From the NCBI GenBank assembly GCA_020137815.1, contig CM035350.1, positions 3,100,001 through 3,164,000 of the forward strand: DNA of 64,000 nucleotides, read 5' to 3'. Numbering within the stretch: the stretch's first letter is position 1; the number at the start of each line of letters is the position of its first letter. This document shows, in pieces, positions 1 through 16,777 of this stretch. The translations under genes and the position numbers were made by a program. The stretch is from Hormiphora californensis (Eukaryota; Animalia; Ctenophora). The notes beneath the pieces were generated by a model. That model ran no database searches. It was given only the letters and a program-made list of their open reading frames with translations, and was not told the DNA's origin.

Positions 1-3000
1 GCCGGTGAGGAAGAGTGAGAGACACAGACGGTCATCACAGAAGTTGTGCAGTGGGGAGTTTGTTAATGTTGGAATGCCTCAGTCGCTCAGACCGGAGGCG
101 AGTTCACTGAAACCGATATCTGAAAAGAGTCCCGTGAAGATTAATGTGAATAAGGTGGAGAAGAATGTGGTGTTTGGTAGTGGGTATAGAACCTTCAAGA
201 AACAGTCAGATCAGTTGAAAGTCCCGAGAAAGACTGATCCTGTTGGAAAACCTGTCTTCCCCGAAATACGGTTTAGCAGGACGAATAGCGACTTGAAAGA
301 CGCTTCAGAGGAAACCCCTGACACTGCAATAACGTCTATTCCTGAATCCCAACAGTTTCACAATATCACAATACCAGATACCCAGCCCGATACACCACCC
401 GATATTCCTTCCACTACCAAAGGAATACCAGAAGAACAGCGGGTACCTGATAGTTTACCTATACCCGAAATAGTCGCTGCTCCAGTACAAAAGATACCCG
501 ACAGCTTACCACCATCGGACGAGCCTGAGACAAAGGTTATCCCTGATACGCTGGAGCGTTCAGCAGAGGAAACTATCATCCCTGACTCCCTGCACAAACC
601 AGATCTGGACAGTTGTAGTCAGGACAGCACGGACAGTTTCAAGAGCAGCAGTCAGCAGAAGACACCCAAGAGGACCTACTCCAAGAGAGCCAGGACACCC
701 TCCCAAAAGAAGGAGACTAGTGTCAGTAAGGTGAAGGGTAAGAGGGGTGCCAAGGTACCCTCCACTCCTCCTGACTCTAAATCCCTCATTACATCCTACC
801 TCTCCCCCAAGATACCCCCCAAGCTGGTTACAATGGTGCCTGACTCCCTGGCTGCGGAAACACTGACCCAGTCACCCAAACTAGACAACTCCGTCGTGCC
901 TGAGTGAGCCTCCTAAACAAGATGACACTATTGTTGAAGATATCTCTTTTACAGCTGTGAAAACTTCAACCCAGGAGGCTGAATCACCTCCCCCGACCGC
1001 TCCTGGATCGGTCATCCTGTCCCAAACAACACCGGAAACAAAACCCTCTCAACCAGTTCCTGATATTGTGCCATCTCAATCAGCTACTGATACTGCACCA
1101 TCCCAGGCCGAAACTTTAGTTTCTGCCCCTGCTACTGGACTGTCCCCAAACTCGGTAGAAACTGTATCATCACAAAATGAAACATTCATTCCTGGCCCGG
1201 AAACTGCCCCATCTCAGAATGAAAGTGTTGTTGCTGCCCCAGCGACTGTCTTGTCTCAGAATGAAAGTGTTGTTGCTGCCCCAGCTACTGTATCGTCTCA
1301 ACCTGAAAGTGTTGTTGCTGCCCCAGCTACTGTCTCGTCTCAACCTGAAAGTGTTGTTGCTGCCCCAGCTACTGTCTCGTCTCAGAATGAAAGTGTTGTT
1401 GCTGCCCCAGCGACTGTCACGTCTCAACCTGAAAGTGTTGTTGCTGCCCCAGCTACTGTCTCGTCTCAGAATGAAAGTGTTGTTCCTGCCCCTTCTCATA
1501 ACGAAACTATTGTGCCAGAAAAATCCGAGGAGACACCACAGCTCATACCAACTGAGACCACCTCCACTGAAGAGACCCAGAAAACAGAGTCCCTGCCCTC
1601 TCTGCCTCTCACCCAACCCAAGAAGAAAGGACCAGGCCGACCTCGTAAGGACAACTCAGCGGTGAAAAGAAAGCCAGAACGGCTGCCTGGATCTAGGAAA
1701 TCCATCAGGATTACTCGCCAGAACTCTGACTTGACGGATGATATGACCCCTTCCCAGCTGGATGAGAGCAGCCCTCTATCGCAGGTGATTGAGCTGCCTC
1801 CACCCAGCCAGGACACATCCCCTGAGAGAATCTCGATAGCTGAAAAGACATCTGCACAAAATCAAACCACTGTCATGGTAGTATCTAGTGGCGATGCTAC
1901 TCAGAACAGTTCTGTAACATCTGTTGAAACATTTGGTAAACCCGTTCTCAACCCGGTCTCTGTACCAGATACGATATCCCACACTCCGGAATTAGGATTG
2001 GATACCTTGGAAGTACCCTCAACTCCGCTTGAGGAACCCTCAACTCTCCTTGAGGAACCCTCAACCCCCCTTGATGTACCACGGCCAAGTCTAGAGAAAA
2101 TGGAGAATGTTCAAACTATGGAGGTGGATCATTCTGATAAATTAGCGTCTCTTGAAAAAGAGTCTCTTAATAAAGAGTCCCTGTCTCTGGAGGTGTTGCC
2201 CACTTCAGAGTGTGATTCTCTAGAGATAACCGCCGTGGTGAAGCCCCAGACTATTGTGATTGAGGACACCCAGCAGGACACCCAGCAGCCAGAGAGTCTC
2301 GTGCTGCTAAATGCCACAGACAGTCCTCTAACATCGGGTAAACGGCGGTTTAAACCTGACATGATAGTGATTGGAGCTATAACTCCCCCTAAGACCCTGT
2401 CCCTAGAGCTCGATCCGGCCACCCCTACTACACCCCTTCGAACACCAACATCTGGGATTCTAAAACCGACCAACTCAGCATCCCCAGCTCACAGCCGTCG
2501 TGTCACTTTTGGACCTCTACCAGGTATAGATTCAATTTGATGTGTACTTCATGGCTGATTTCCATTCAAACCCCCCAGTAAGATTGTGACAGTGTCAGGC
2601 GAGTTCAGTAAGATTAACACCCCCTCCCCCTTAGAACCACACCGGAACCCCAATAACCCCAACTCACTTCTCTAAAATTAACTCCCCTCTCCTCAGAACC
2701 ACACCGGAACCCCAATGGGCAATGACCCCAACCCACCTCTCTAATATTAACTCCCCCCCCCCCTCGGAACCACACCGGAACCCCAATGACCCCAACTCAC
2801 CTCTCTAATATTAACACCCGTCTCCTCAGAACCACACCGGAACCCCAATGACCCCAACTCACCTCTGACACCCAAACGGTACAAGTACAGGAAATCACCT
2901 GCTGCAAACAAGCGATTTGTATCCCGTATAGAAATTACTGTCCCTACAGATGTTACCTCCCGTAAGTTGCTTGTTAGAGAGGGTCAACCTACGCAATATA

Positions 3001-4693
3001 TATTCCTTGGTCTAAACAATTTGACAGTGTAAAATGTTTTTATTGCCTCCTCTATTTCAACTGTATGTTACCCCATCCAGAAGCGATATACCCAGAGCTG
3101 GCTAACTGTACGGCGCCTGCTAATGATCTCATTAAGAACCTGTGTATCGGATTCACAATGTCTCAGCGGAACCTGAACGTTGCCAAAGTCCTCTCTACCA
3201 TAACTACAGTGGGAGATCTGGCTAGACTGAGCCCCGCCCAGGTAATACATCGTCCCGCCTGTCATGCCCTCCATTGAACATGAATTGTGACCGATTAGCG
3301 CTATAATTTTCACCAGTCCCTAATACATCTCACCCCCATTCTCTCCATCCCTCAGCTGGAGGAATTACCGTTTATACCCCCGAAACATACGCAACTACGG
3401 AGGCAACTACGGAGGTTCGATGCCGCCCAATCTCCCATGTCAGTCAAATCCTTCCTGGCTGGGAGCAAGTTACAGCAGCTTCTCGACCAACAAAAGGGTG
3501 CAGATGTCGAGAAGGAAAAGGTGGGGTCAGCTGCAGTTGAGACGGACATTGATAAGATAGCAGAGGTTGATCAAAGGGAGAAGAAGAAGAGTGGGGAGAA
3601 AGATAGGAAGGAGAGGAAGGTGTCTGCGATGGAAAGAAGAGGGAAGATCATGTTAGAACTAGCGCAGATAGCCGCACAATCTGGGAACAAGAGGGTGAAG
3701 CTGTCCAGTGAAATAGAATACGAGGCAGGCACTGCTGCTGAGAGCACAGTATCTCCTGTTGAAGCAGTAGATAAGGAAGCAAATATTGAGGCAACAGGTA
3801 ATTCAGGCGAGGTTACTACAATTGCACCCGCGGTGAGCAGTGAGGTATCAACTCTATCAAGAGAGGAACCAGTTGTAGACAAGGTAACCCCAGAAGAAGT
3901 TCCTGAAACAGAAAAGGAACCGATCATGCCTGCTGAAACTAAGGAAGAAGCACCTATTGAAGAGATGGTATGTGAAGAGGATAGTGTTGTGTTGTCAGAA
4001 GAAAGGAAGGAGACACCATCTGAGAATGAACCTTGCGATGTTCAAGATAATACTAAAGTAGCAGGTGAAGAGGAGGAGACAGAACCAGTGCAGGAGGAGA
4101 TGGGAGACAAAGCTGTAATGGAAGAAGAGGAAGAAGAGGAGGAAATGGACCAGTATGATGATGAGGATAAGGAGAATATTGAACCCCCAAGTCCTCCTCC
4201 AGAGGATACCTCACCAACTAAAGAGGCTACCTCACCAACCAAAGAGGCTACCTCACCAACTAAAGAGGCTACCTCACCAACCAAAGTTCTCCAACCGGAG
4301 CTGTCCTCACAAGAAGAAGATCTCTTTGGATTGGACACTAAACAGTACCAGTCATCCTCCCAGGAGGAGGATTCATCTTCTCAGGATGAGAGATCGAACT
4401 CCCCTGCTGCTGAGGTGCTGCAGGAAGAGGGGAAACAAGAGGGGACTACGGACTTTATACACGAGGATGCCCTTGTGGACTATCCGCTGACTCAGAACAA
4501 GACTTTGGTGGAGTATCCGCCCACTCAGGAGCAGAGTGCTCTAGACACCCGGTTTAGTGAGTTAGAGGGATTATTCAGGGGGCTACAGGGGGAAATTAGT
4601 GAACTGGGAACCCCCGAGGAAAGGAGAACCGCTCACCTTAAGTTATGTAACATTATTTTTAGTCAGATGCATCCTAGTAATTTTGATGTGTAA
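1..4693 (+). CDS. RIF1: RIF1-like replication timing/telomere-associated protein, 3' part (exons <1-2523, 2830-2961, 3081-3241, 3357-4693)
   Basis: A long S/T/P/E-rich disordered region is followed by the PP1-docking pair SGILK...RRVTF. After splicing comes AIYPELANCTAP...TVGDLARLSPAQLEELPF, which resembles the metazoan RIF1 C-terminal conserved region. GT-AG junctions keep frame. An apparent frameshift at ~903 is probably a sequence error. The N-terminal HEAT region lies outside the window. Confidence 0.8.
1165..1500 (+). repeat. Coding minisatellite, 42 bp (14 aa, ESVVAAPATVSSQN/P) x ~7
   Basis: Direct repeats gaaagtgttgttgctgccccagctactgtctcgtctca(gaat/acct) are visible and in frame with RIF1. 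Confidence 0.95.
2612..2866 (+). repeat. ~65-70 bp tandem repeat x4 spanning a RIF1 intron 3' end and exon start
   Basis: The unit attaac-(C-rich)-ag-aaccacaccggaaccccaatgaccccaactcacctct occurs four times. The last copy supplies the frame-preserving acceptor at 2829/2830. Confidence 0.9.
4208..4285 (+). repeat. Coding repeat, 21 bp (TSPTKEA) x ~4
   Basis: acctcaccaac(t/c)aaagaggct is repeated in the last RIF1 exon. Confidence 0.9.
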
Positions 4694-5099
4694 GTAATAC
4701 TATTATCTATTTTTTAGTAAATACACGGCGTATAATTAGCACAAGCTACAATTAACTGTTTTTACATTTTGTTTATTTCTATTCTTAAGTTATTGATATA
4801 GCCATTCAAATGTATTTTTATTCGCCAGACACACGCCAATTTCGGGTTGAATTTACTAGCATTTAGTAGAGTGAATGGGTTGTTCGAATCTCACTTATAA
4901 TATTACTTGAATAACAACTGTGTATCTCTTTCTATCTCTGATCTCTCCCTCTCTCTCTCCCTGATTTAACAAAATTAGCCACTGTCCTGTCTTTTTAGCT
5001 GTAGAATGAACCAACCAAGATGGTGGTCCAGAGAAGGATTCCCACTGGATAACGAGAAGGAGAAGGAGCGAATGATCAGGTATTTACCATACTAATTAC

Positions 5100-9940
<4,841 letters not shown>

Positions 9941-10184
9941 TCTATTTTTCACTCTTCACTCACTCTTGGCGTCTGATTTGGCTTAAGTCCAATGCGGAAA
10001 AGAAGTCCTGTCACAGACCCTGGCATTTACTTTCTCTCCCCCTTTCCGCTCTGCCAATCTCGGCTTGGTCTTTGTCCGCCAGTGTGTGTGTATCACTTTG
10101 TGACAGGGCAACAAAGTTTAGAGTCTCTTCCGCGCCTTCCCCCTTTGATCTCTTTCTCTTCTCTCTTTGCACACTGATCTTCTT

Positions 10185-10672
10185 CTTGCTACACTGTTGC
10201 CCGATATCCTTTCTCTAGCACATCTCGCAACATAGCCCGATATCCTTTCTCTAGCACATCTCACAACATTGCCCGATATCCTTTCTCTAGCACATCTCGC
10301 AACATAGCCCGATATCCTTTCTCTAGCACATCTCACAACATTGCCCGATATCCTTTCTCTAGCACATCTCGCAACATAGCCCGATATCCTTTCTCTAGCA
10401 CATCTTGCTACACTGTTGCCCGATATCCTTTCTTGAGAACATCTCGCATCATTGCCCGATATCCTTTCTCGAGCACATCTCACAACATTGCCCGATATCG
10501 TTTCTCGAGCACATCTCGCAGCATTGCCCGATATCCTTTCTTGAGCACATCTCGCAACATTGCCTGATATCCTTTCTCGAGCACATCTCACAACATTACC
10601 CGATATCCTTTCTTGAGCACATCTCGCAACATTGCCCATAATCCTTTCTCTAGCACATCTCGCAACATTGCC
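10185..10672. repeat. 36 bp minisatellite x ~13
   Basis: Unit gcccgatatcctttctc(t/g)agcacatctc(g/a)caacat(t/a), with variants. One minus frame is open (GNVARCARERIS) but coding is unsupported. Confidence 0.92.
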
Positions 10673-11177
10673 TGCTTTCACGGATAACTGTGAAAAACAT
10701 ACATTTCCGTGAGAGGTTGTTTGTTGTTAGGCTATTAAATCGCACCTGCTGCAGCACTCAGCTAGATGAGCAAGACTACCCAAAATAATTTAAGGTGTTA
10801 CTTTGCACAGATCTATTTCTTTTAACGGAAACAGTCACACCCTCTCACAGATCTAATGGTGGATTTGTACTCACCGTGAAATTCACACTTCATCTCTCTG
10901 TCACCTTGCTGCGACTTCTTTGTATCTTGGGGTGGAGTGCAGGAGACAGGAGAGATGCATGTTTTCCGTCCCCTTGGTTTAATTATCCCAGCTAATTAAT
11001 CACACCCCTCTTTAATCTAACTTCATCCCGAGTCTAGACAGAGAAACTAAACCCGGTGTTACACCTTATTGGGAGGGGAGGAGGGTCATTGTGGGCTTCC
11101 AGTGGAGTTCTTCTCACGGGGCTGAGAGATTGGGGGCTTCTTAATCAATGCTGCTGTTTTGTTTTGTAATGCTGCTT

Positions 11178-11233
<56 letters not shown>

Positions 11234-12189
11234 TCTTGCTCTCTGTTTACACACATCCAATCAATCTCTCTTCCTCTCTCACATAGTGTTCACTTTCATC
11301 TCAACCCTTTCTTCTCAACCACTGCAGCAGTCTGTACTGGCTTTCAGTATGAAGCTTATGCTTCTATTCTGAGAATGCCCCATTTTTGTTTATCAATAAC
11401 TGATGAATCACCTTCCGGCTTCAATCGATGTGTTCAGAAGAAACAACAGCCATGTCAGTTTTAACAATCATGTATAACAAAACCGTGCCTTGTTCTACCC
11501 TTTTTCCTTGTTTGAACAAACAAAAAATCAAGGGGTTGGCAAATGGCAATTCCCACGCACTGACCTTTGGCAACAGCTTGTCCTACTGCTGCTGTTACAA
11601 CCCCTCCCACTTTTACGATACAATCGCCCCGCCTCCGACATATGGCATTGTATATCTGGGGGGAGGTAGTGTGCCCTAGATGTGTGTTCATACGTTCAGT
11701 TGTGATATTAAGGTATTGAAATTTGTACGTGTACTACGTTTTAAATGACATAACCGCTACTATAAACAAGTGTCTGGCTAATAATTATTGTTTTTGGCTA
11801 GTGGCTAACAATTTTTGTCTGACAGAACCCCTACTTGGTGTCTGGCAAAGTTTAATATTATTCTGGCATGTATTATTATATGACGCAACTTCATACTATT
11901 ATATTATCATGTCACTATGTCACTATATATGTTTACCAACAGCTCCACCCTAAAATGTTTAACATTGCGCCTACGTACGTGTACTAAGTAGATATTTTGT
12001 TATGGGCTGCTGTTTTAACAGTAAAATTGTTTTGACTAATTTTTTAGACCCAATAAGAGCACCTTTATATATAAGTTGCATTTTATTTCCATTCTAAGAC
12101 TCCCTTTTCTCTCTACCATCTTTGAATTAGGTCGCAAGGGCCTAGCCAATATCAAATATAATATTAACCAGTATTCCCTGTGTTCAGAC

Positions 12190-15100
12190 ATGTCCGTTGC
12201 TATGTTACGTGCGGACTGTGGAAAACCATACCATTCGAAACGGCGACACGTTGATAACGGTAGGTGGTCTTACCTAATTGTCAAGTTTCTTCTTGAGATA
12301 GATGAGTTGGGACTAGTCAACAGTATCCTGTTTATCACAGCTCAGTTAGATAACTCTCTCCCTCTCTTCAGATGTTAGTAGGTGCAGTGAGCACCTGTTC
12401 TCTGCGTTTAAAGAGCTCACCCACCTCCGGCGGAACTCTCTGTTTTGTGACGTCATCCTGGAGACGGAGGAAGGAGGGGAAGTGAGCGCCCACCGGGTCA
12501 TCCTGGCCAGCAGGTGTAGCTACTTCAGGGCCATGTTCATGTGTGGGACGAGGGAGACGTGGGAAGACAGGATACAATTGAGAGGGATTACCACCCGCAC
12601 CCTTGATATCATTATCAGCTACCTCTATAACGAGAAAGTCAGAATATCAGGTATGTTTGGTGTGTGTTTGAACTTTGTCAGATCTTGCTTTTTGTATCAA
12701 AACAGATACTTGATCCATGTAGAAGTTAGTTCCCAGCTTTCTACAGCCTATAGTATCTCTAACCTATGCTGATACAATATTAACGGGTGATAACTAAAAG
12801 ATGTCACAAATTTGAATCAGCTGTAGAATTTTTCCCTTTTGAGATACAGCTTCGGGCCAGTTATAGAACGATTTTTCAGACAATTTTGAATCGGAATTAT
12901 ATACCAGCAAGGACTAAAAAGTTCATTTTCATTGCGATATCACATCATTTCCATTTGCCCCACCAAAGCATGTAGTACGTGAAATTTACACACTTTTCTA
13001 GCACCTCTAGCACCTGTTCTGTTCAAGATTCAGCTTCGGGATAGTGATAGAATGATTTATCAGACAATTTTGAATGAAATTATCTTTGTTTCAAACTCCA
13101 TAAATCTCATTTTCCTGATCAGAATCTTCTGTAACAAAGCGTAGTTTACAGGTAATTTGAGAAATCGTCATTTCGACGATCTCTTGAAACATTAATGACC
13201 GTGAAAACCAACTTCATAATGAGCTAAAATGTTCAAACTTGGCAGTTATGTTAGCTATGGCATGAACAACTAAACCCTCAATTTTTAGAATTTCATCTCA
13301 TCGGAAAAGTCATTTCTGATCACAAAGAAATTTCAAATCTCCGTACTACATGCTTTAGTTGGACAAGAGGAAATGATCAGATATCGCAATGAAAATGAAC
13401 TTTTTAGGTTTTGCCGGTATACTATTCCGATTCAAAATTGTCTGAAAAACCGTTCTATAACTGGCCCGAAGCTGTATCTCATAAGGGAAAAATTCTACAG
13501 CTGTTTTAAATTTGTGACATCTTTTAGTTATCACCCGTTATGCCATATTATATTGCCAAGTTTTTTAAAAGCCCACTTCTTCTGTTGTTCTAACCCTCCT
13601 TTACATTTGCAGGTGAGGAAGTCCAAGAAATCCTCTCGGCAGCTGAGATGATGGGACTCCCTGATTTGAAACTAATGGCCCTCCAATTCATATCCTCCAA
13701 CATTACAGTACCCAACTGCCTGGCAGTCTGGCAGGTCAGCGAACTGTACTCCAGCAATGTGGCTATAGCTGAGGCCCGGTCCTTCGCTCTCCGTAATTTT
13801 ACCAAGGTACAGTAGTGATGAGAGTTTAGACACATCTTAGTGTAGACTCCTTTTGTGTGAGAGAGGGAGAGAGACAGAGAGAGAGACACACACACATAAT
13901 TGCGTGTTGAATGTTGTACACACATTTTACCAAGCCAGTATTATAATGAGATTCCCCTCTGTAAATACTTGGTGAGATTGTCCCTGCGTTTTAAAAATAC
14001 CTGTTTCAAGTAGGCCATGTACAACTATAATATTAGTTCCCTAGATTATATATCGCCCCCCTCTCCAGCCCCCGATTATATCGCCCCATCTCCCCTCTCC
14101 AGCCCCCGATTATACCTATAACCCCATCTCCAAACCCTAAATGTAACCCCTTCCCTCATTCAGATTGTTGATACAGCAGATTTTCTGGAGCTGCCCGCTG
14201 ACAAGGTTGCCTCCCTGTTAGGGGACGATATGTTGAGGGTCAGTCAGGAGAGAGCCGTTCTAAAGGCCCTCACTGCCTGGTTCAGACATGACGAGGATGA
14301 GAGGAGACATCACATGCCCGAACTACTAAACTGTGTTAGGTATGTTAGATAACCTGTTAACATAGCACAGACTTAAATGTTTTGTTTTGATCATGAATCT
14401 ATTAAACAGTGTCCCGAGTTCCACTTGTTTCACACTTCTCTTCTCCAGGTTTCACCTGTTTGGATCAACTGATTTTGTGCGTGCTATCACGGGTAACGCA
14501 TGTCCAGAGACTCTGCCTCACCTAGAAAGTGCGTTGTCACACCACCTCGAGAGGGCCAAGAGGACCGTGTGTACAGTCGCTGGACCCCAGCAGAACCCTA
14601 CACGAAGAAGAGTTGTTAACGAACTAGCCATCATTATTGGAGGTGAGTGATTATGAGTAGTCGGAATCCTGGGAAACTAGTACAGGCAATGACGGGGCAA
14701 TGACGTCACTGTCGTCAGATGACGTAGCCATTTAGCTTACAAACAAATAGGGGTTGCACTGTTATGTCGGGCAACGAAGTGGACGTCATGTAACATGTTG
14801 TTTATTGTCTGAACATTATTGAATGAAATATGAATCTGGGCGTAGAATAACTCTTGCTCTTGTATATACTTGTTATCAAGTATCAGCAGAGATCTAAATA
14901 TCTCTGTTGATACTTGATTATTACCAATATATCTAATTTCAATATATCTCTCATTGCAGGACACGAGGAGAACTCTACGTGGTCCAAAACATGGTCATGT
15001 GATGCCCAGAGTGAGGGCAGGTCCTGGTTCTCACTACCATCACCCCACACCCTGAGAAGGGACCATGTGACAGTGGCCCGGGGGTGCGATGTTGTGGTGG

Positions 15101-16400
15101 CAGGGGGCAGCGATGGATCTGATCACCTTCGTCGTGTTGAGAGGTACATGATCTGACCCCTTCTAGCTTAGACACTTTACTGATGTTGCGCCCTGGTTCA
15201 AGTTTTTTTTATATTTCCTATACCCACCAGGTGGTTGGGTTCCGCCTCTCTGCTCTCCATCCAATCACCTAGTAACACCTAGTAACACACCTCTGCCTCC
15301 CACCTAGTAACACCTAGTAACACCTATATAGTAACACACTAACACACCATGCCCGTTCAGATACGATGCGTATAAGGGTGAATGGCAGGAACTACCGTGT
15401 ATGCTGCGTCCCAGGAACCACCTAACTGGTGCCCTCCTGGACGGGCAGGTCATGGTGGCGGGGGGAACTAACGACCTGCACCCCTACCTGGATAAGGTGG
15501 AGGTACTGGAGATGGAATCCGGGAGATGGACAGACCTGGCTCCCCTTACACACGCTCGGAGATCCTGTGCTGCTACCGCCACGTCTAACTACCAAATAGG
15601 TAGGATAATTTGTTGTATTTGGAGTTCACACGGGTTGTTCAAAAACTGAACTGTCCCCCAATACACTACTAAAATGGCTGTGTGTGAGAGAACAAGACAA
15701 CTAATATGTGTGTTTCTTTCAGTGGTTGCGGGAGGTGCAGGGCAGCAATGTTCCGCTCTGACGACTGTGGAACTTTACGATTCAAGGGAGGGAAGCTGGA
15801 GAGCTGGACCATCTTTGAAATTAGGAAGACGAGGATTCGGACTTGTTCATGTTGATGTAAGTTTCAGAACACAATGTAAATTCTGGTTTTATTACCCTTT
15901 TTGATAGCAGCTACTATAACATCTTCCTTTACTAACCACTACTACTCTACTACAGGACTATGTATACGCGATAGGGGGTTACACACAACACGGATACACC
16001 GCCTCCATTGAGCAACTAGATCTGAAGACCATGAGGTGGTCAGAATACAGTAGTCTGCCTGTTAAAGTGGGCTACTTCGGGTGTACAGTCACTTCAAATA
16101 ACCAGGTTAGTCAGTGAAGTCAGCGTAGTCACAACTAACATCTAACATCATTGCATCAGAGCTAGTGACAGATAACAATGTCGTACAGACGGTAGACCTA
16201 ACCGATACATCTTTACTCCATCACGTTCCTCCATTTCCTAACTCCCCCTTTTTCCCTAGGTCTTGGTATGTGGGGGAGTATCGAACAATAAGTTGATTTC
16301 TTGGAACCCCACCACACAAGAACACTCCATTCTCTCAACTGTCTCAGCTATGCCATACTCAGGGACTATAACTGCGTGCGGTGGAGGTGGTGGATTCTAA
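12190..16400 (+). CDS. Kelch-like BTB-BACK-Kelch protein (~10 exons: 12190-12259, 12371-12651, 13613-13806, 14164-14339, 14449-14642, 14960-15143, 15361-15599, 15723-15856, 15956-16104, 16260-16400)
   Basis: BTB motif FCDVILETEEGGEVSAHRVILASRCSYFRAMF; BACK region (ITVPNCL...FALRNF, DFLELP...LRVSQERAVLKAL); Kelch repeats (VVAGG...VERYD, MLRPR...VAGG, YVYAIGGY). Canonical splice sites; boundaries approximate. Confidence 0.9.
12781..13540. mobile_element. Non-autonomous DNA transposon (MITE) with ~200 bp TIRs in Kelch intron 2
   Basis: taacgggtgataactaaaagatgtcacaaattt... at the left is the reverse complement of ...aaatttgtgacatcttttagttatcacccgtta at the right. Confidence 0.88.
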
Positions 16401-16777
16401 TTTTGATGAACTGTGTTATTTAGCTTGGCACCGCATAGAGGGTTCCGTCTGTTATATTTGAGACCTGTTTTCCTATCCCCCATCTTGATGAGCTACAATT
16501 CAGAATTTTATGATAACGTGTATTTTGCTGTAGTGATTTATTTTATTGAAATTTCGTTTTAAACATCAATAAAATATGTTTTGTTTTATTCTTATTCTGT
16601 TCATGGTTGTGTATCGGTAAAATGGATTGAACCGGTGGTTTATCCGGTGAAGGTCAAGGGTCACCCAATATACGGCTGGGGCGACAATAAGTAACACGCG
16701 CTGCATTTATGTGGCGCGCGGCGCGGCACAAATTATTTAAAAAAATTATTTTTGCTTTTGAAAATAATTAACTAAAG

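Noticed and set aside
895-960. Stop/frameshift in RIF1 read as a 51-nt intron or programmed frameshift
   Set aside because: The GT..AG candidate (904-954) keeps the closed frame. The other frame reads through cleanly, so a small indel error is simpler.
4840-4900. tRNA gene suggested by GTTCGAATC (and an A-box-like motif at ~5721)
   Set aside because: No cloverleaf or matching A/B box pair could be built.
10118-10681. 187-aa minus ORF of GNVARCARERIS repeats as a real protein
   Set aside because: The open frame is explained by a 36-bp unit lacking a stop in that frame. No splice context or homology was recognised.
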